Source of the DNA: Mytilus californianus
Taxonomy: Eukaryota
Assembly (NCBI RefSeq): GCF_021869535.1
Contig: NW_026262626.1
Coordinates: 27,528,001 to 27,592,000 of the forward strand
Direction of reading: 5' to 3'
Length of the DNA: 64,000 nucleotides
In this document: positions 49,001-59,559 of the stretch, one piece after another
Numbering within the stretch: the first letter of the stretch is position 1
Layout of the letters: each line of letters begins with the position of its first letter
Made by a program: the position numbers and the translations under genes
The notes under the pieces: generated by a model
Databases searched by the model: none
What the model was told of the DNA's origin: nothing
The model's input: only the letters and a program-made list of their open reading frames with translations

Positions 49001-50732
49001 GTTTTCATTTTTTAATATTCAGCAACAATGGCAAATTATTTTGTACGAGATTTCAGATTTATTGTATTATTCCTGCTTGAATTGTTTTACATTTCTCATG
49101 TGAGAGCATTTTCAAGCATACCATACGGTATGAATTTAGCACAATATTGAAGGCCGTATGGTGAAAAGTAAAATAGTAAAAATGCCAAACTCCAAGGAAA
49201 ATTCAAAACGGAAAGTCCTTTATCAAATGGCAAAATCAAAAGCTCAAACACATCAAACGAATGGAAAACAACTGTCATATTGCTTACTTGGTTCAGACAT
49301 TTCCGTATGTAGAAAATGGTTGATTAAACCTGGTTTTATAGCTACAGTTGGTAACATTAACGTCATTTGGGCTCTGGTGGATAGTTGTCACATTCACAAT
49401 CATTACATAGCTTCTTATTTTTCTTTAGCTGTACAGGCAATTATACACCAGACCAAAATATCATTACACATAATATTATCTATGACGTTAAATGGTACAA
49501 ATCTGATTATTTTGAAATGACCAGACCACAGGCATACAAAAAAAAAAAGGTTAAAAAACAACGCATTTAACTAACAACATTTTTTGTTAAAATAAGAGGA
49601 TGTCCTAGTTATTTAAAATGAATGATGTTCAACTTTGAATGCTTACAAGTAGAAAAGTCCAATAGCACAATTCTTTTGTTAGGACAATTATCATATATGT
49701 AAGAGGTTAAAAATGACACAACAATCTCCAATACATAGTGAAACCGTGGGCACCGTTCAACATATTACTGATGGTAACTGTTTTGTAAATCGATGGATTA
49801 AACACTAAATCTGTTGTTGTGGTAGACGTCTTTGCTATTTATGGGGCAAAGCTTTATACAAATTACTGTGATTTTTAACATTACTTATTGTACTCTTTCA
49901 CGTAAACGACGACCAATTAGGCCATAGATATGTTCAATAGATGATTTATTTTAAGCGTCTCACTATGAATTGTATAGACTTATAAAATAACAAGTTCGAC
50001 GTTTGATTCATAGAATGAGACTGTGGCATCTGTGATTGATGTGAACCGCAGTTCTACTTTCTACGATTTTTGTTCTTGTTTGACAGAATTTGTACTTCAT
50101 TATAGATGTAACTTTCTTCAACTTAAAAAAAAACAACAACATTTTTTTTGCATAGTTTATATAATTCAAGCTGCCGCTGCCATAAAAGATATTACATGTT
50201 ATACAATGTTATATTAATAATAATATTTTTTTTTAGAAAAATCAGGGTGGTACGACACTTTTTCCAGGTTTATGTATTTCCCTGTTGATACAATATGCAA
50301 GGGCTTGTGTCATCACGATTTCCTAACTTAATGATTGCGGCATACAAGAAAATGTTTTGTCAAGAGAGTAGACTATGAAAAAGTTAGTGTCAATCTTAAA
50401 GACGCTATCATGAATGGTTGACCGTTATGAAATACCATTTACAAAATGATATGTTTTACTTCTAGTAGTCACGTGCACAATCTCGCCCTCTTTTCCTGGT
50501 TAAGGCCATCAACGCATACAATTTTATTTTGCAGAAAGTTACCATGAAAGTAGTAAAACGTCAGATGACACTTGTGGATAAGGAACTGGTTATTCTTCTG
50601 AAGCAATTAAATATTCTCCCATTAATTGCGAGGTTCAAGTCACTTAAACTTTTTGTTTTCTGTGAAGTGTTTTGTCTAATTTATGTTTTCTTTAAATTTT
50701 CGTCCCTTTTTTCCAGCAGTTGCGTTGGTCTC

Positions 50733-51360
50733 TGTTTAGCTGACCTCACCCGAAAGTTAAATTGAGCTAATCTCAGAACAGAACTTGGTGTCAGTCGTCA
50801 GCTAACTTTTCCAAAAAGCGTTAAACTACATGGCCAATATGGAACCAAACTTGGCCATTATATACGATCTTTGGGCTATCTAGTTGTGTTGGGCTATCTA
50901 GTTGTGTCCGATGACCCTCGCCTACCAACCAACATGGCCAACATTGCTAAATATAGAACTTAGAAGTAAAAGTTTTGTCTACAATTTTGAAAACCACTTC
51001 AGACAGAGAAAAATCAGACAAAGGCGTATAATTAAGAATGCTGAGATCTACCTACTGTCCAACATTATAAAAACTGTTAGACGATTTCATTAATGAGTTA
51101 TTGCCCTTAAATAACAAATTTTCTCTTTTTTTCAGGAATAGCAAAAATATGCAGCCAGATATACACTTAAGTAGAAAAATGAATTCGTCAACTGACTCCT
51201 TATAGAAGTTATTGTCCTTGATGACATTTTTATCAATTATTTGCCCATTACTTTGAAAACTATATTATAAAAGACGAGAAAGAATTTTTCAAAGGCAAAC
51301 ATTACATGCAGGACAAAATCTACATGTAAATGGCCAATATTGTCAGTCAACTTTATATTG
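50733..51360. mobile_element. Decayed HINE-like fragment in reverse orientation (duplicate at ~60062-60680)
   Basis: tttagctgacctcacccgaaag..gagcta start, and ccaacatggcc..ctaaatatagaac resemble the reverse complement of the HINE end and internal repeat. Confidence 0.45.
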
Positions 51361-53113
51361 AGTTTTTCTCTGAGGATTTTTATCCATTTTTGCATTTCAG
51401 TAGGGAAACATAATGTAAATAAAGAAAAAAAAAACTACAAACAACAAAAATTATAAATGAATTTACTATGCTTTTCGAAAACTAGAAATAATTTGCAACT
51501 ATATATCAATAAATGCCGAAGTTGATATTTAGAGCTACACCCCTAGTTTTTTTAAACTGTGAATATTTGAGGCATGATAAATATGAATCTTAATGTCTCA
51601 TTGTTATAGAAGACCTTAAAAATAACGGGAGTTTATGGATATTTTGAAAAAGAACCTAGAAAATATTCCAACATCTAGAATAAGCATGACGTATAAGCAA
51701 TTCATTTCGAAATAGTTTAATTCGCTCAAGTCGCCAATATAAAAAGGTAAATCCCCTACTTGAAATTTCCCATTTCTGCCAAACCATTGACATGATTGAT
51801 GCAGTCGATAAACATTTCTTTTATCCCTTGGTAACATTTATGTCCAGCGAATGACGAGAATTCAATTCTAATTTCTTTAATAAATTTTCAACAAATATTA
51901 AATGAATACAAAAAATGAAATAAATATTACATCGTTCAACAAAGAAGCTTCCATTTTCTTCTAGGGTCTAATTATATAAACAATCAAAAGTTAATGTGGC
52001 AATTGATGGAAACAAAATGTAAATAAAAAAAAAAATATGAAAATGCATGTTAGAACTATCTGTCTTAGAAAATGGCAAACAATAGACTAGTTTCAAAAGT
52101 AAAATCTGACTGGTCAATTTCATGATGCAGGTCTTATAGAAATTGTTAGTCAGCGTGCGACCGTTATCATACGCAACGACCGTTTTCACTGCTACTAGTG
52201 ATAATTGTTAAACCTTTACGAACCAATGGGTGACCGTTGTGACTACAAGCAGCATACTGATATTTTTGACAATTTACTAATATTAGTAGGTGATAATATA
52301 AAACAGTAAAAACTAAAAATATGCCAAAAAAATTTCAATGTTAAACTGTTGTTGTTTACATTTTTCGTACGTTTTTCAAGTTTTTAACACCATTCGATTT
52401 CTTTCTAAAAATAGAAGTTTTATATGATACAGCTCCAACTTGTTATTAATAAACTACGGATTTGCGCTACAAATACCGGACTCGATAAAATCACGTGACT
52501 GTTAAAACATTCAAGATAAAAATTACAACCGCGATTTCACAGATAGAAGCCGAAAGGGTCTTGCCGCTGAGACAATGATTCGATAAATCCTATGACTTAT
52601 GTACAGAGTTCTGCAGGTCATTGATATATGCTAATTAATCGTTGTTATTCCTTTTAAACAATGGGTCGAGAAAGGGATAAATTGTCAATAAATAAGAAAA
52701 ATATTATTTCACCAATTCGGCTGATCTCCTCATACAACAGATATTTAATATGAAAAAAATACAAATATATTGTCAATTAAAAATGATCAAGATATATTAA
52801 AAAAACAGTTCTTGCTATTTATAAAATTTTGTTGTTCGCTTTAATTCTTTGACAGAAAGTTAATAAAATCATGACTACTTGTCTAGACAGTTGTTGTGTT
52901 AAGTTACAGAGAGAGAGAGACGAGATATACTAAATGGATATTAAAACTCAAACTGACAACACCATGGCACAGATATAAAATTGAATCAATCAGAGCAAGA
53001 ATTATATAACGGAAAGGAAGTAAACAACCTAAATCTCCGACCCAGATCTCTCCGTTTAAACTAAATTCCTACCATAATGACAAAAACGACCATAGCATAA
53101 ATGACAACTTACC

Positions 53114-54709
53114 TTAAAATTGTGTGAAATGCCGAAGCAAATTGCACAAGAGAAAAATAATAGATGTATACTGTGTCGTTTCAAAGTATATACTACGTTC
53201 CTCTACTATTTTTTGGAAAATGATTTTCCAATTTATCTTTTCCTTTTTATTAGAATTATTTCATATAAATATATTTAAAATCTCTGTTCCGTTCATCAAG
53301 CTTAAATGAAGTTCCAAAATATCACGACATGAATCAGTTATCAGCCATTTGTAGCTTGAACCTAACGTATTACATGTATATATATTTTAAATACAGAATT
53401 TTGCCTTTTAAATTTGATGGTCGTATCAAAAGCGAGGTATTATCCTCATTTGTCTACATTACGCTACATTACTTTTCCAACAGCGTCTGGAAAATCCCAT
53501 ATTATAAAAATCATCTGCCAAACAACTTTTGTCAACTAGAACCAAGCTCTGCAGGAATCTTTGTCTGTAAATACCTGAATGCATTTGGATTGTTTGTGTG
53601 TATCTTGATATCAAAATGAATACCATGGCCAAAATGTATTCCGATTGGCTGAAATTGCAAAGATATTCTGACGAATGTCCTGGCATATCGTTAGAACGAT
53701 TCACAAAAAGTGCTTTAATTATTTAAAGGTGTTGATGCCAATTCAAATTCACATAACCACCATCATTGATCATAGTTTAAAATAGAACCGCATGAACAGT
53801 TAATACAGTAACACTTAGTTTCTTCTCAGAAACTCTCTCACACATTGAAACCAAATCTTGCAAACAGAAATCCGACTGATCCGTTTTTGTTGCCAAACAA
53901 TTTAAGAAATGACCACTACGGTAAAGCATAATACAACCATACAGAAAATGCGTACAAACAGAAAACGTTTCAAACATCGTTGTATCAAATCATGTAAAAA
54001 GACACGTAAGGTGTTCACATACAAATTTCGATGCCTATCTGAAATCTAAATACTTATCAAAATTACCACGTTTATCAATTGACACTCCAGACGCGTGTGT
54101 CGTCTACATCAGAATTATCAGTGGTGCTCGAATCAAAAAGTTAGCAGACCAAGTCAAATACGAAATTGAAAACCAAAAGTTTTGAATAATTGTTAAAAAA
54201 CGGCTAAGTGTATATAAGCTTGTGAAAAAATCTTAGTGTTTAGAATGTTTCTACATTTTATAAACAATCAATCTACAGAAACGGCACGTTTCAATGATAG
54301 TTCATGTCAGTACAAAAGTGTTGAACATTTGGCTGCTTACGTCCATCAGCAGTTGCATCAACCCAGTGGTTGAAAAAAATCTATAAAAGATACATATATT
54401 GTCGCCACTGTAAAGCATAGTTTAACATTGGACCATATTTGAAATACATACAACAATTTTAATTTAAAACCGTCTCAAACATTGTCAAATCGTGAGCAAT
54501 TGATACTATACTAGTTTTCATTTTTTCTGTGATCTGAAATTAAAGAAGGCATTCAACATGAAACAAAGTTTAACATTTATACCAGGAGATTTATACAGGA
54601 GATTATATTTCCATATATTACTATCTAAATCATATGAAATACAGTATGAGAGTCCCCATGTACCATGACTCAAACATACTAATATAATTCCAACAATTAC
54701 TATCCACAT
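53114..54709 (-). pseudogene. Decayed gene-like unit: signal-peptide-like first exon plus a long disrupted exon-like block; product unidentified
   Basis: 54709-54583 reads MWIVIVGIILVCLSHGTWGLSYC.. and ends at a G|GT donor. Block 54039-53114 is bounded by ttcag and aag|gtaagt, is Cys/aromatic-rich, but has stops in all frames. Confidence 0.35.
54050..54395 (-). mobile_element. Roughly full-length (~350 nt) decayed retrozyme monomer with mutated hammerhead
   Basis: Hammerhead relic at 54085-54125 reads CTGATAA..GACAC acgc GTC, so both core boxes are mutated. The element begins and ends with related tatcaaa..tac sequence, consistent with one permuted monomer. Confidence 0.65.
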
Positions 54710-55124
54710 TTATATGTGTCCACACTGCTTCATGTTATAAGATAAATTAAGTACGGTTTCATTTAGACAAACTGTTTTGAGTTTAAGAAATCAGAGCTAC
54801 TTAACCTGTTTCATAATTGCAAAATTGGAAAATCCGAATCATGTGATATAGAAGTGCTTTCAAGTAGAAAAGTCCGTAGAAATGTATACTTCTTAACGAT
54901 TAACCAATTAAAGAGGGCGTTTGCTCAAAAGTAATGAATACACTTCTGGTTAAATTACATTCAGTAATAAATGACAGATCTTCAAAATTATGCAATGTCA
55001 AGGACATAAGCAAATATAATTCATTGATCAAAACTGAAGGCAAACACAAAATTTCTTTACTTATGCAGGAATGCTGTAATCAGTGAAGTTCGGACAAAAT
55101 TAGCACAAGGATACAAAGAACACA

Positions 55125-56153
55125 ATGAAAAAAATACTCGTTTGTTTTACTTTGATGTTTTTGTTGGAGGTACAATGTAAATGCCAGTGGAATTCATTTG
55201 GCCCTGGTGATAAAAGCTGGTACGAACAAGCGGATGGAAGATGGTCAGAATTTAGCTACAATCGTAACATGAAAACTTTTGACCATATACATACAGTATA
55301 TTCTAGTGAAAAAGCCGTTGTCATACAACAAGATGGGTTACTTCCTTTGATTTTAAATTCAAATGCAGCATACTATGGCAAGAACAAGTTTGCTTCTGGA
55401 AGATGGACTTCAACTGGGCGTTGGGAGGGTAATTGGTTTCCACAATATGGAGGCGGATCCGGATATTACTTACAATCGAATGACGATTGGAAGGAATACA
55501 GAAATGGATATTATGAGAAAACATTTCGACATATACAAACAATTAACGTTTCTGAATTTGCAGTTATTTTACATCAGCGTTTTATCTGGGCGTTCGTTTT
55601 GACTGATGACTGTGCCTATTACAATGGAATTCAGCAATTCTATGGAGAATGGAGACATTCTTGCCATTGGAAAGGTAAACGTAGTAATGGCATTGAACTA
55701 TCAGAGTTCAGAAGAATTTCACCTAATTCATGGCACGAATATACAAATGGGGACTACCTTAAAACATTCAATCACATTCAAACTGTTCAGAATGAAGGAG
55801 TTGTGGTGGTTATTCAACAAAATTTTCAATGTTTGAAACCCTTGATTTTGAGCCAAACGTCTGCTTATTATGATAATGTAAAATTTGCAAACGGACATTG
55901 GGACGATCAAAACACTCGATGGGTTGGATACCGTTTTAGTGGAGGGTCAGTTAAATTTGAAAAATTTGGGACAAATTGGAAAGAATATGAAAACGAAAAT
56001 TATTTAAAAACTTTCAATCATGTCAAACAGATTCGAAGTGATCGTGCAGTCGTTATTATGCAACAATACTGTTTTTGGCCGCTTATCTTAGATGAATTTG
56101 GCGCATCCTATAATGGTCTCGAATTTGCCTTGGGGAACTGGATCAATCAATAA
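55125..56153 (+). CDS. Uncharacterised secreted protein with four tandem ~82-aa aromatic-rich repeats, single coding exon
   Basis: 342-codon ORF in AT-rich DNA. N-terminus MKKILVCFTLMFLLEVQC is hydrophobic. KTF motifs fall at aa 50, 132, 213 and 295, each within W.EY.NG.Y.KTF.H(I/V)...VV(I)..Q...LIL....A.Y....F..G.W. A pyrimidine-rich acceptor (ttctttacttatgcag, ~55053-55068) suggests a 5'UTR intron. AATAAA overlaps the stop codon. Confidence 0.88.
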   Translation: MKKILVCFTLMFLLEVQCKCQWNSFGPGDKSWYEQADGRWSEFSYNRNMKTFDHIHTVYSSEKAVVIQQDGLLPLILNSNAAYYGKNKFASGRWTSTGRWEGNWFPQYGGGSGYYLQSNDDWKEYRNGYYEKTFRHIQTINVSEFAVILHQRFIWAFVLTDDCAYYNGIQQFYGEWRHSCHWKGKRSNGIELSEFRRISPNSWHEYTNGDYLKTFNHIQTVQNEGVVVVIQQNFQCLKPLILSQTSAYYDNVKFANGHWDDQNTRWVGYRFSGGSVKFEKFGTNWKEYENENYLKTFNHVKQIRSDRAVVIMQQYCFWPLILDEFGASYNGLEFALGNWINQ

Positions 56154-57189
56154 AAAAAAAATTAAATGCACAAAGAAAACTCTGACGAGTAAGGCATGCA
56201 AAACAAAACATTTATAAGTGCCAATTTTATTTACAAACATTTTATCATTATATTCATATAGTGACATTAACCATAACATTTTATTTTTTTAATGCACCTA
56301 CCTAACATACGGCTAAATCATATACCATTCGAAAGCACATCATCTGTACTATCTTTTTTGCCCGGTGTCAAATATTCGTGTATGGTGCAGTTTTCGTCAA
56401 ATCACGATGAAAATTCTTTAAGTTTGTCCGTTTTAGAAATCAATGAAACCAAAACGAACTTAAATTATCATACCTTTGACGAGATTTGTGATCTCCTATA
56501 ATTTTTGTTATAGTGATATACATGTAATTAAAACTTACGATTGGGGTCATTTATTCAAAACTCAATAATTAACTACTTTTAAAGTTTTCAAACATTTAAA
56601 GTGGTCTTTAGTATTATGTTTACTAAAAAAGAGTTTTTAATGTTACAAAATGGTCTCATTCCTCATTTCATAATTTCTCACCGATTCTCTACATCCCCAT
56701 CCCAAACACCCGACAAAAAAAGAAATGTGATTGACAATAATATAGGAATTCATAAAATTTCGAACAAGTTGATAATATATAATTATGTTAGCACATTGTG
56801 CTCGTATGCATGTGTGTTTGTGTGTGTTGGGAGGGTTCTTCGTTTATTTCTTGAGCCAGACTTTTTTCAATACATATCTGACAATTGTTATAATTTTTAA
56901 AATTTAAATAAATCTTCTAAATTTTTATGGCTCTTGACTCAAGAAAATGTAACTCTTATGGAAAAACTGGGCTGTTATATTTGTGACTGTTTTGAATTAA
57001 GGAGATCAGGTATGCATATTGACACTAAGTCAAGTAAATGATTTGAGAATGAATGCTCATAATGTAATTTTATTCTTTTATTCACAATATATATGTGGTT
57101 TTTGGCTCTGATTCTGACCAATGCTAATATACTAAATATATATATATATTCAAGTGATTATTATTGTTGTTGTTACCAATTATGTAAAT

Positions 57190-57265
57190 CAATTGTATCT
57201 GATTTTATGCCCTTTATGGGCCCTGTAATTTGGGAAATAAAAATATTCTATTCTATTCTATTCTA
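57190..57265 (+). mobile_element. Probable LINE 3' tail fragment ending in (ATTCT)n
   Basis: aaataaaaatattctattctattctattct: a polyA-signal-like motif followed by a short tandem tail. A similar architecture occurs at 6030-6070 with (GAATCT)n. Confidence 0.35.
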
Positions 57266-57379
57266 ATTTGATTCCTATCTTCATAATGGACTAATGAGAT
57301 ATTTGACAATTTCGAGTTCAGCGAATATTAAATGGCAAAAGCGTACCTGATAAATACATATATACATATCTCCATAAGT

Positions 57380-57700
57380 GAAAACAAACTGACAACGCCA
57401 TGGCCAAAAATAAAAAGACAAACAGACAAATAATAGTACAGATGACACAACATAGAAAACCAAAGACTAAGCAACACGAACCCCACCAAAAACTGGGGGT
57501 GATCTCAGGTGCTTCGGAAGGGTAAGCAGATCCTGCTCCACATGTGGCACTCGTCGTGTTGCTTATGTTATTACAAATCCGGTAAATAGTCTAATTCGGT
57601 AAGTCACATTCATGAAAAGGGAGGGTAGTGTAGTTACGACATAAGGAACATATCCGATATCATCTGTGAAACGGTTATTCCATAACGGTCAACCAACTTA
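57380..57700 (-). mobile_element. 3' end fragment of second PLE-type family
   Basis: Aligns by eye to 40445-40795. Confidence 0.65.
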
Positions 57701-57735
57701 TAAACATGTATCTAGAATAAGAGTTTATATTCCAA

Positions 57736-58115
57736 TAGGTCTGCATGCAGACAGACCTGAATGAAAAGTGCAAAAAAAAAATAAACAACTTAGGTCTACA
57801 TACAACAGGTTTGTATGCAGGCATACAGACCTGAAGTATTGCCAAAATAAATTATTTTGAAGGTTCTACATATACCAGATTTGTATGCAGGCATACAGAT
57901 TTGACAAATTCTAGTATACGCATAGAGTGAAAGTTTAGCATACGCCAGGTCGGTATGCATGCATACAGACTAAGAAATGCCATTTATTATCTCAAATTAA
58001 AGTTCGGCATACACCAGATTAGTATGCAAGCATACAGACGTAAGATATGTAAATTTATTAGGTAGATGAGATTTCAACATACACCAGGTCCGTATGCAGG
58101 AATAAAGACCTGACA
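57736..58115. repeat. Array of six 28-bp palindromes at 69-70 bp period with variable AT-rich spacers
   Basis: Unit starts at 57736, 57806, 57876, 57946, 58015 and 58085; consensus CAGGTCTGTATGC-AG-GCATACAGACCTG. Confidence 0.8.
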
Positions 58116-58203
58116 AATACAAGTAAGTGAAAAAATACTTAATTTAGCATAACATTCACTTAAACATCTATAATAAAGATGGGTAATTGATATGTTATAT
58201 ATA

Positions 58204-58994
58204 TGTTCCAGACCATATGAGTATTTGAACCGTACGCGTACGGTCCGACCAAACGCGTACGGTCGGACCGTATGAGTATACTCATATGGTCTAGAACGAG
58301 CTGTACCATACATGTATTTAGACCGTATGGGCTAATTTTAGACAGATATTTATCAAAAATCTTTTATTGAGTTTTACAAATGAATATAATTACAATTAGA
58401 TGAATAAAGTGAATAAATCAACATGTTTTGTTAAGGCATGTTCCTTTGCATTTCCATCTCTTGCTAGCAAGAGAAAAACTTGAGGCAATGAAATTCCTTC
58501 TGTTTTTGAATGTGCAGTTTCAATTTTGCGTGTCAAAAGTTCTATATCACCCATATCGTAACAAGAGTTTAATATGCCAAATTCACATGATAGTTTGATC
58601 AAAGTTGCATCTTGACCAATAATATCATCAACCCTACATAATAATCGGGGAAAATCCTATAAACAACTGGTATTCTTACAGTAACAAAGCAACCTTTCAA
58701 TTTCATGTATTACTGACATGTTAAATACAGGAGATTAACAAATTAAATTAACGTGACTTTTTCACATAGTTAAAATATTAAGTTTTTATTTCAATTACAA
58801 TTGGACTATTTATAATAATTCGAGATTTCTGTTATGTTGATCCGTAATATACATTGTATCTTATAAACTTGTCCGACTTCTTAAAATTAGGCAGACCGTA
58901 CGCGTAACAGTCCGACCGTATGCGTATTTTGAAAAAGTACGCAAACGGTCCAGATCGTACGCGTACGGTCCAAATACTCATATGGTCTGGAACA
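58204..58994. mobile_element. MITE with long TIRs, TA flanks and subterminal CCGTACGCGTACGG palindromes
   Basis: TA|TGTTCCAGACCATATGAGTATTTG ... CAAATACTCATATGGTCTGGAACA|TA. Confidence 0.8.
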
Positions 58995-59559
58995 TATATA
59001 TTTCAAAGATGACATAAAAGTATAACAAAAATGCAGAATAAGTAATGTATGAAGGTTTTATTGTCTCAACTTTTTTCTGATTGTTGAAATAGTTTATTCT
59101 AGCATCATATGAAAAAGGGTAATGCTAAAATGATGTGGTTTTGAATTTGCATTAACGAAAAAAGACCCAAAATCTTGCAAAAAAATGACAAGCAAATATA
59201 AATAATGCAATACAGAGACTTTTTAACGCGAATTATGACAATCAAGCCAAAAGATGTAGCTTTTCACACAAAAATGAGTTAAGTGGCATATGAGAATTTC
59301 TAATTTTAGATGAGAAAGTATTTGTTATAATCTTAATCACTATGAAAACAATCATTTATGTCAACAAAGAAAAACAAAATTGCATATAGACATTCTATAG
59401 ACAAAGCACATAAGCAAAAATGACGGAAATTAAAGAATATCAAACCTGACCATTGCACAAAAACGCAAAAGCGGGATATATAAATACAAAGCCACGTCAA
59501 AAGAATAACACTCAAAATAGACTTAACGGTAAACATGTTATATTTATAATATTTTTTTT

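Larger units (their letters stand above)
50230..54700. repeat. Copy 1 of a recent segmental duplication (copy 2 from ~59560 to the window end)
   Basis: Collinear and near-identical; offset is 9329 bp at the left (50243 vs 59572) and 9335 bp at the right (54601 vs 63936). Confidence 0.95.

Noticed and set aside
51600-54039. Assigning the decayed minus-strand unit to adhesion/Methuselah-type GPCRs or glycosyltransferases
   Set aside because: Only scattered short resemblances in different frames and no continuous motif order; cannot be supported without a search.
56146-56160. Poly-A tail indicating the 342-aa gene is a processed retrocopy
   Set aside because: Only a short A run directly at the stop, no TSD seen, and a probable 5'UTR intron acceptor is present; insufficient evidence.
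57736-58115. Calling the palindrome array a true CRISPR array
   Set aside because: Eukaryotic intron-containing context, degenerate repeats, partly similar spacer ends and no cas genes. Kept only as an unexplained repeat array.
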